Shown here piece after piece: positions 51,988 to 60,029 of a stretch of 64,000 nucleotides of DNA. The notes beneath the pieces are model-generated. The model ran no database searches. It worked only from the letters and a program-made list of their open reading frames with translations, and was not told the origin of the DNA. The translations under genes and the position numbers were made by a program. Position 1 is the first letter of the stretch. Every line of letters begins with the position of its first letter. The stretch covers positions 222,006-286,005 of the IMG/VR virus record IMGVR_UViG_3300020195_000009; one strand, 5' to 3'.

Positions 51988-52023
51988 AGTTGAATCCGAG
52001 AGCCCTCCCGTGTTCCTCCAAAC
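51988..52023 (+). promoter_or_regulatory. class I promoter, leaderless
   Basis: AGTTGAATC-N13-GTGTT-N9-ATG(52024). Confidence 0.75.
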
Positions 52024-52062
52024 ATGAAGACCCAAGCTGCTGCCTTCTTTCATCGGATATCC

Positions 52063-52102
52063 GGGGCGGAAACCCCGTCCTTTAGGGCGGGGAGGAAGCC
52101 CC
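52063..52102 (+). mobile_element. IS200/IS605-family terminal hairpin remnant
   Basis: AAACCCCGTCC-TTTA-GGGCGGGGAG, typical of IS605/IS1341 ends; no tnpA/tnpB nearby. Confidence 0.6.
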
Positions 52103-54096
52103 TCTCTAAGAGCGAGCCCCATGAACGAGTTGGACGAACTACCGAGTCTCCGAATCCTTGCGGTGCAGGTCAAGAAGCATTTTGAGGGGGTGAAGGTGGC
52201 CCGTTCGCTCCCCGACCGCTCCAGCTCGTCCTGGAGAACCTCCCCGTAGACTTCGAGAGCCCTCCGAGCGGCTAGGTCCTTGGCTCTTTTGAGTTTGGCT
52301 TCTGTCACCGAGGACACCTGTTCCAATGGTGGGCTTTGCAGCGCTTGCACCAGGGAGACGGTGGACGTGTCGCCTGGGTTGGGTAGTAGTCCGCGTCGGA
52401 TCATCTCCCACTCAAAAATGTGATACCGAGCTGAGCCCTTTCCGCCCTTCGCAGCGGCCTTCTCGTACGAATCCAAAATCTGCGAATCCGAAGCATGGGC
52501 CGCCCATGTCTTCAGATTCGTTTGACGCGTCGTCACGTGAACGTGCTCCAGCTCTCCAGCGTCTCGTCCCATCTCCAGCCAAGCTTCCCCAGCTCCCCCT
52601 TGTGTGCCTCAGAGAGGTCTTCCGGTCGAGGACCTGTCGCATGAAGTACGTCATGCTGAGCATCGCAGTTCCACGTCACCCCGTCAGGCTTGTACCCGTT
52701 CAAGATAGTGAGCCCTTGGGCTATGTCGTGCTGACTTGCCATCTTGCGCCCCATAGCCAAAAATGAGAGGTTTCCAACCAAACCCACCCCCTCGCTGACA
52801 CCGAGAGTCTAAAGTGACTCACCAAATGAGATCGGAGAGCCAAAAATGAGGGGTTTCCGAGAGCCCTACCTCTTCTTACTCTTTTTCTTCAAAGAGATAC
52901 CGCCCTCTAAGACCCCAGAGCCAAAAATGAGAGGTTTCCGAGCAGGTTCGGCCTCCGCTCGCCTACGACGGACCTCACGGATGAGAGCCAGGACCAGACG
53001 GCCGTTGAGTCGGAGCCCTTCCTTGGACTCTCGAAGACAAGAGATCGGCTTCTTCTAGGTCCCGTGGGTGAGCATCTCCAGTTCTCACGTGGTAAGTCTT
53101 CGGTACCTTCTCAAGGAAGCTTTCTCCTACCTCACCAGGTGAGAGCTTCCTGGCTTCATTCATCACCCCGGCCACAAGAGGCTGCCATGAACGGCCCTCG
53201 CGAAGGACAAGAAGCCCACCCGACGGGCTCATGAGCGTCACTCTGTACTCTTTTGATCCGAAGGGATGGGTCAGCTCCAAGATTCGACCCACCTCGTCTT
53301 CCCAGACTCTCCGGTCAAACGTGTGCCACGACGGAGCGGCGTAGCCGCTCGTCGAGTGAGCGTCTCGGACCCCAGGATACGTCAAGCGCCAAGGCATGGT
53401 CCCTAGTATTCCCCAGGGTTTCGTCCCGACCAATCCAAGTCCATCGTCTGGTCCGCCAAGACCTCGTACCCGAGCCCGGCCCACGAGTGAAGCGTCTCGT
53501 CCCGCAGCCGAAGTTGCTCAGGTCCAGACCCAAACATAACGATGAGCGGCCAGTCTTTCGTAGGAAGACGCCGGACCTTATCGAAGCGGTCCAGACCCGG
53601 AGGGTCTTCTTGCCCTTCCCGAAGCTGTACATGAATCGTCGGGAAGCCCATGCCAGGGAGTACACCGGGGATTACCCCCTTCCCCTCAAAAATGAGCCGG
53701 GCTATGAAATTTAGGTCCGGGCAGGGACAGGGGGTTTAGCTCCTGGGCTCCAAAAATTGACCGGCACCCAAAATTTAAGGTCGGGGCGCTCGGAATCCTC
53801 TCATTTCTTAGGGGTTACCCGTCAAACGGGAGCCTCGCGGGGGTAAGGCTAGGCGCAAGAGCCCTCGTCAGGGGCGTTTGGTCGGAATCCTCTCATTTCT
53901 AGGGCTCGTCAGGTCATTCGTCGGGTGTTACGTCCTATTACCCCTCGGCCGGACCACATGTCCGTGTTAATTCGATACGCCCTTTTTGCCGATTTCCCAT
54001 AGTCAAGGGGAATAATCGAGCGGTTTTTATTTTTACAGGAAATATGTATGCCACCTGACACCCCCTGGTCCTGAGGGGTTTTTGAGGAATCGTGCC

Positions 54097-54132
54097 AGTT
54101 GATTCAGGGCACCCCTGCCGTGTTCTCCAGGG
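54097..54132 (+). promoter_or_regulatory. class I promoter, leaderless, driving the recombinase
   Basis: AGTTGATTC-N14-GTGTT-N8-ATG(54133). Confidence 0.75.
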
Positions 54133-54969
54133 ATGGACCGTGACCTCTCAGGTGCATCGAATGACGCAGAACTCATGCAGCTCTGGTTACAAGGGAGACC
54201 TGAGAGCACCATGAGAGTGTACGAGCCTGTAGCTCAGGCCTTCATGGCCGCTCTCCCCCAAGGCTTGCGAGGGGCAACCGTCAAGGACGTGCTCACCTAC
54301 ATTCAAACACACGTGAAGGGTGAGCCTGCTACCAGGGCTAGGTTGGTGAGCACCATCAAGAGCCTGCTCTCATGGGCCTGGAGGACGGGCTATACAACCG
54401 TCAACGTAGGTAAGGCTATTAGGTGCGTACGGGTGCCCAGTACCCTACACAAGAAGCTGTTAGATGAAGGTCAGATACAAGGGCTATGCCGGGCCGCAAG
54501 CGGCCGTGACCATGCCCTTGTTGTTCTTCTGTACGTGAGCGGTCTTCGTATCAGCGAGGCCTGTGGCCTTCTCGGGTCCGACTTGAGGGGATGTCATGTG
54601 ACGGTCCTTGGTAAGGGCACCAAGACCCGAACCGTCCTGATCCCCCAGGCAGTAGCCGACCTTCTCATGACCCTTACCAAGGGGCACCAGGTTGACCCGA
54701 GTAAGCCGCTCTTCTGTTCCCGGTGGGGGAGGCGCCCCCTGGGCGTCCGGGCCGCTAGGGAGGCTATCTACAAGGCGGCATCAAAGGTCGGCCTGGACGA
54801 CCTGTCGCCTCACTGGCTCCGGCACGCTCATGCGACCCATGCCATGGACCGGGGGGCTCCCCTCCACGTCGTCCAACAGGGCCTTGGTCACGCCTCCGTG
54901 GCAACCACCTCGAAGTACCTCCACGTGAAGCCGAGCGTAGGCGCTTCGCAGTGGCTCGCTCCGGTGTAG
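54133..54969 (+). CDS. XerC/D-like tyrosine recombinase
   Basis: SGLRISE, GKGTKTR, PHWLRH, LGHASVATTSKYLH. Confidence 0.92.
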   Translation: MDRDLSGASNDAELMQLWLQGRPESTMRVYEPVAQAFMAALPQGLRGATVKDVLTYIQTHVKGEPATRARLVSTIKSLLSWAWRTGYTTVNVGKAIRCVRVPSTLHKKLLDEGQIQGLCRAASGRDHALVVLLYVSGLRISEACGLLGSDLRGCHVTVLGKGTKTRTVLIPQAVADLLMTLTKGHQVDPSKPLFCSRWGRRPLGVRAAREAIYKAASKVGLDDLSPHWLRHAHATHAMDRGAPLHVVQQGLGHASVATTSKYLHVKPSVGASQWLAPV

Positions 54970-54993
54970 AGTAGGTAGCTCCTTCGGGAGTAA

Positions 54994-55050
54994 GAAGCCC
55001 GCTGTCGTGACCTTGCCCCCCCGAGTGTCCGCAGCGGGCTTCGCTATTTT
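54994..55050 (+). terminator. terminator-like stem (possibly part of a small RNA)
   Basis: GAAGCCCGCTG/CAGCGGGCTTC followed by TATTTT. Confidence 0.55.
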
Positions 55051-55052
55051 CG

Positions 55053-55087
55053 AGTTGAATCCCGAGCGTCTCAGGTGTTCCTGAAAC
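55053..55087 (+). promoter_or_regulatory. class I promoter firing into the 158-nt element
   Basis: AGTTGAATC-N13-GTGTT-N8-GAAGCGGA(55088). Confidence 0.75.
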
Positions 55088-55245
55088 GAAGCGGACGGTA
55101 GGAAAGCTCTCAGAGAGGCTTGACCGGACGGAGTAGGGACGCTTCGGGGAGATCCGTCCGGGACGCCGGATTCTGAACGGATCTCCCCGAAGCCCGGACT
55201 ACTTCGTCTGGGTCTCTCCCGTTTCGGGAGGGGGCCATCCGCTTC
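55088..55245. ncRNA. 158-nt highly paired four-way-junction element, predicted sense and antisense RNAs
   Basis: Terminal IR GAAGCGGA(C/T)GG; perfect 17-bp helix 55141-57/55177-93; 13-bp helix 55124-36/55199-211. Confidence 0.75.
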
Positions 55246-55280
55246 TTCTGGTAAACACAGAGCTTCGCTCGGAATCAACC
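55246..55280 (-). promoter_or_regulatory. class I promoter firing into the same element from the other end
   Basis: GGTTGATTC-N13-GTGTT-N8-GAAGCGGA(55245). Confidence 0.75.
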
Positions 55281-55434
55281 CAGAAATGAGAGAAATTCGA
55301 GCGTAGCGAGCCTGCCCCAAAGGGTGCCCTTCCTGTAGGGCGCGAAGCTCGAAAACCTCTCATTTCCAGGGCCTTTCCCACGTGGTAGCTAGGCAACCGA
55401 AAACGTGACTTTTCGGATCTAGTGCCCAAAAAGG

Positions 55435-55469
55435 GGTTGAATCCGAGCGTCCTCGGGTGTTCCTAGATC
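55435..55469 (+). promoter_or_regulatory. class I promoter, leaderless
   Basis: GGTTGAATC-N13-GTGTT-N8-ATG(55470). Confidence 0.75.
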
Positions 55470-55550
55470 ATGAGCAAGACCCGATTCGACCGGATTCTGG
55501 CCCTCATCGGGCTACCGCCCCAGAACCTCCGAACCAAGGAGGGGCGTAGG
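55470..55550 (+). CDS. 26-aa microprotein MSKTRFDRILAPHRATAPEPPNQGGA
   Basis: ATG at +1 of a class I promoter; carries the shared motif; below the ORF-track cutoff. Confidence 0.55.
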
Positions 55551-56015
55551 CTCAAGGCGTGGTCCGTTCCGCAAGGCCTTCCTGGCCATCAAGATCGCTG
55601 ACGCCTACGACGCTGCCATGGTTGCCCTCGGGGACGACCGACGAGCCTGGCGGGGCTCCAACTGAGAGCCAGAAATGAGAGGTTTCCGTTGAACCGTGGG
55701 TCTCTTTTGAGGTACCCCAAATTATCTTCTCTCTTCGGAAAGAAATCAGTTGAAACAAGAGGCCGGCGAAGACAAAGCTGTCTGCCTCTACGCCCGTGTG
55801 GAACATGACCTACGAGACCCTCGACGCCCTCCTTGACGAAGGGACCAAGAGCGCCAACGTCATCTCCATCTTCCGCAACGTAAAGAAGGCGGCCTGAGCG
55901 CCAAGGCCCAGGTGAGGCTGGCGAAGCTCCGAGAAGGCTGGGCCTCTTGAGAGACAGAAGAGCCGGGCCTCCTCACGGGGGGTCCGGCTCTTCTGTCTCA
56001 ACGCAGGCTCGGAGC

Positions 56016-56270
56016 CTACACCTTCTGGCTCGCCTTCAGGAGGTCTTTCCAAGAAGACTTCTTGCCTCGGGAGCGAGCGGCGTTCTTGGGCATCTTGTAC
56101 CTTCGGGGCGTGTCCCAAAGCCGGCTATAGCAACGAGGGCATATAGAAGGCTTTGGAAAGGGCTCCTCCGGCTTCGAGCCGTCTTCCTCCAGCTCAAGTC
56201 CTTTCGGCACCCATTCCCCATCGCAACGAAGGCAGCGGTAACCCCAGACCACGATCTGGTGAAGGCCCAT
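56016..56270 (-). CDS. zinc-ribbon protein
   Basis: CLRC..W..CPRC.S..W. Confidence 0.6.
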   Translation of the reverse strand: MGLHQIVVWGYRCLRCDGEWVPKGLELEEDGSKPEEPFPKPSICPRCYSRLWDTPRRYKMPKNAARSRGKKSSWKDLLKASQKV

Positions 56271-56279
56271 CGTTCCCTT

Positions 56280-56717
56280 TCAGGAGGGCTGGGCCGGGTG
56301 GTACTTGGTCTTCGACCGCTCCCCCGTCTTCGTGATCCTCCCCGAAGTGAGGGCCGTCTTGATCAGGTCGCTCAGCTTCGGACCTACTTCACAACCCATC
56401 CGCTTCGCAATCTCAGAGGACGGGATACCCGACGGCTCTGTGACGACCGCTACCAGGGCGTCCAGCTTCTCTTCTGAGCCATTCCCGGAAGGGGACGACT
56501 CAGAACCTTCACGCTCGGCCTTGAAGAAGTACGTCTCTCCACGGCTCAGGATGAGCATGGAGCGACCCTCGACCATGTGAGGGCCCTTTCCAGCCGCATC
56601 GAAGACCTGCTTTGCCAGGGCGCTCCGCTTGATCTTCGTCACCTCCAAGGCCTTCTCGACCTTCTCCAGGAGCTTGTTCTGCTCCACCCACGCAGCAATC
56701 AACTTGTCCTTGTCCAT
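56280..56717 (-). CDS. protein with C-terminal winged-helix domain
   Basis: GIPSSEIA..L..G.ITKTGERSKTKY. Confidence 0.6.
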   Translation of the reverse strand: MDKDKLIAAWVEQNKLLEKVEKALEVTKIKRSALAKQVFDAAGKGPHMVEGRSMLILSRGETYFFKAEREGSESSPSGNGSEEKLDALVAVVTEPSGIPSSEIAKRMGCEVGPKLSDLIKTALTSGRITKTGERSKTKYHPAQPS

Positions 56718-58381
56718 CGTTTGTTCGACCTCGCTTCCATCGCCTACCTACACCAACCATAAGAACTCGGGGGTTGTCTTTCGTCGGGGTCAGAAAGACA
56801 CCCGGAATCAAGCCTCGTGCCGGGAAATTCAAATGAAGAACTGGCCCCCTTCTTGACGGGCCTCTTGGTACGGCTCTTGATTCAATAACTGTTTCAAGGA
56901 AATGACCAAACGTTCATGAACGCGCATTTGGTTTACGGGGGTCTGAGGGTCATTCCAGTGGGGACGGATCCTACCCTTCTCTTAGCCCTTCGGGCTGTTG
57001 TCTGGGTGAAAAACTCAGGTGTTGTCTGGGTGAAACCAAGGCATAACCCAGGTGCCGCCCACCCTTCAAGATGATCAGAGATGAACTTCTTGTATTCGGG
57101 TTGACGCTTCCGATCGCCGAAGACGTCGTCGGGTGGAACTTGTTTTTCCTTTTGCCAAGTCTTGGATGCCTCTTGCCAACTGGGGTATTTAGCCAGGTAT
57201 TTCACGTATTCGTTCCTTGGCTGCTGATCCTCCTTGGCGAACGCGGCAAGTTTTGTTGAGATAGCGTCGTCGTGCTCAAGCAAACGACGAACGACGTTGC
57301 GAATACCCGCCGGCCGGCGTGTTTGCTGGCACGCTTCTGGATGGGTTCTCTCGATGGTTCGGTTTGCCCAAGCGAGCTTCTCTGAGGCGGGCATCCTTCC
57401 TGTCTCATGGTGGCACTCAGAGCAGCGTAGGAAGGCTTCTGCTTCTCTCTCGGGGGTCTTCATGGTCAGGACTTGGGTGAGCACTCCAGGGCGCTTGTAC
57501 AGGGTGGGCCGATTAGCTCAAACGGGTAGGTGACTTTGGGGTTGGCCATGGGCGTGTTCTTTCTTCTTCGGCTGTGTTGCCTCGTTCGCCTGTGGACTTG
57601 GTTGGTTTCACCTATCCTCGGGGGCCACGGGGGATACGACCGGCGCCGGTTCGTCCTGGGTGGAGCGTCGAAGAGCGAGGCCCGCTCGCTTCCGTTCCTT
57701 CGGTTGTCGAGGTTATGGTGTCGGGAGCCGAAGCCGAAGTGGCCAGTGTTCCAGAGGGGGTTGAAGAGGTCGTGGAGCTTGCGAGCGTGAGCGAGGATGA
57801 GTTTCGTACGGATCTCGTTTCCCATGGGGTCGTAGGGTGTGAGGTCGCTCTCGCGGGCTACATCACGGGTGGGTGCTGCATTCGAGCTTCTCGACGGTTG
57901 GTGGAGGGCAGCAATCGCGGGCGTTGTCGTCGAAGTCGTCGGGTGCGTCTTTGGGCTTGGGGGTTGAGGGCTTCAGGAAAGAGAGCGGGTCGTCATCACC
58001 ATCGGTGGGCTCCGTCACGGTACGGATCTACACCCTCGTGTCTGGTCGGTGTCACTGTTACGCATGGAGCCGAACCTTCGAGGGTTGTTCAAGTGTGGCG
58101 GTCATAACGGGTCAGTCGCCTACGAGAAGGAACCTGGGCAGCCTTGCTACATCATCGGATCCGAGGGGGAGAACATCCTCATGGTTGAGAAGCCGTCTCG
58201 GGCGTCGTACCACCTCTTTACGGGCCTTGTCACTTCGGGGACGAGCCGGTCATCATCCTCGGTGTGTGTCAGGGGGAGTTTCTTGGCGAAGTAGCGGAGG
58301 TTTCGTACACGGTGAATGGGGTGGGGGTCTGGTCGTGTGCGCTTTCGGTTTTGAACCCACGTGGAGTGTTGGCGCTACGGG

Positions 58382-59094
58382 TCACGTAGGGCGACCTTTC
58401 GCTTCTCGGTATAGTACCGGACGCACCTTTTCTCCAGGCGAGCGAAGTAGGCAGCCCAATACGATCGCATCCTTGAAGTCATCGACGGGATTTCCCATGG
58501 TCTTCTCCCCCTCGGCGAGTCGCATGACCGCCTTTCCGTAGAGCCCCGACAACGACAGGGTGCGTTGCATCCGGTACTTGGCCGAGACCTTCATGATCTT
58601 CATGGCGGCGCCCGAGCCTCCCTCACGCTCGTTCGTCTTACCGTAATCGGTCACGACTTCCAGGTCGTCGAGCTTCTTCTTCCGGTCTGCGTTATCGCGT
58701 TGGTCGCGGTTGCGCGGATCCGCGAGGTCCGCCACGCCGGCCCAAGGCTCGTTCCACACTTCGGCAGCCGCGCCGTTGATGTAGTTGAGGTGGATGTAGT
58801 GACCAAACTCGTGGAGCACGGTCTCACCCGACCCTGACTCAACGAACCTCCCCGCGGTTCGTTGAGGTAGTCGAGGCCGGAGAGAACGCTTCGGCACTTC
58901 TCATCGGAGAGGTGCTGCTTGTTCTCGACCTTGATGCCCTCGTAGCTGAAGTGCTCCGGGGCAGTGCTATCGACAATCTCCTGCAAAGTCCGCTTGTACT
59001 GCTGGATGACGTCGGACAAGGCGTCTTCCGGGGCCGCGTCCTTCTCCTTCGACAGCTTTGAGAGCGCCCTTCGGACCGCCAGAAACTTGGCCAC
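58382..59094 (-). pseudogene. fragmented HExxH metallopeptidase-like gene
   Basis: VLHEFGHYIH and VTDYGKTNERE in one frame; upstream part in another; abrupt junctions. Confidence 0.5.
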
Positions 59095-60029
59095 CTGGTT
59101 CGGGGAGTGACATGACGACGTTGCGCGACTTCCAGGATAGCCTCTGCTGCGACGAACTACTGGGAAGGCGCGACCGCCGACCTCAAGAAGTTCAACTCGC
59201 TGTACGCTCCTGTCGAGAAGAAGCCGGGCGACAAGGCGACGCTCGTGAAGTGTGCGGTCTGGGCGACCAAGTGCCTCACGCCGGAGCTAGACGCCTTTCG
59301 CGTCGTCGTTCGGAAAGAGGTTGCCTGCCTTGGCGAGGACCCTCTTCTTCAATTCAGCACGAAGGCCAGGCGCCTGGTTGAAATGCTGAATCGTACCGTC
59401 AAGAGCGTAATGCTCCATGCCGGGCTTGATACGATGGACGCGATCCACCGTGAACTTGACCATCCGATCCCAGAGCGCCCCTTCGAGGGTCTTCGGGTCG
59501 ATGAGGGTGATGCCCGGTCCGAAGAACATGTTTTCGGATCCTGAGAGCTTCTTGACGGTGTCCTTCGCGGCCGACGTCGGGCTCTTGCCCTTCATCATCG
59601 TGCGCACCGCGTACTCGACGACCGTGTCGTGCGTGGAGCGGTCGGTGCGGGACGTCGCCTTTGCGGCTTCGCTGTCGGCACTCTCGGCCGAGGCGGTACG
59701 CGCAACGAACGTCGGGCCCTTGGCCGCCAGAACGACCCGCTCGACGATGAGGGCATCTTGAAACTCTCGCACGGCGTCCGACATGGCAAAGACCTCGTTG
59801 GGTTTACAACGAGGTCTGCCTATCAAAGGAGTCTCAGGCGCTCTTACCTGGGCTTTTAGGGCCCCGTAACTTCACGCCTTCTTCTTCTTGGGCTCTTTCA
59901 CCTCGGCCGCCGGAGTCACCCACGCCCGACTTCAAGTGCGTGGAAATGTACACTTTCCCGTAAAGCACCTGCGGAAAGGTCGAGCATCACGATTGTCAGA
60001 AACGACACCACCCCATTCGCGAACCCGTC

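Larger units (their letters stand above)
52757..55688. repeat. dispersed iteron-like repeat AAATGAGAGGWTTCCG (8 clear copies plus partials, both orientations)
   Basis: Plus strand at 52757, 52837, 52918, 55280, 55666; minus strand at 53790, 53882, 55349; partials at 52822 and 53687. Confidence 0.8.

Noticed and set aside
55088-55245. SRP RNA or 6S RNA
   Set aside because: Lacks the SRP domain IV motif and is branched rather than a single rod with a central bubble
6922-55469. Recurrent motif as integron attC sites (GTTGAAT fits GTTRRRY) or CRISPR repeats
   Set aside because: No inverse core or palindromic attC fold, irregular spacing, and a fixed distance to ATG fit a promoter; the recombinase shows no evident IntI insertion
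55749-55759. Third GTTGAAACAAG copy as a target of the large ncRNA
   Set aside because: An 11-nt match that could be a degenerate promoter -35 box or chance
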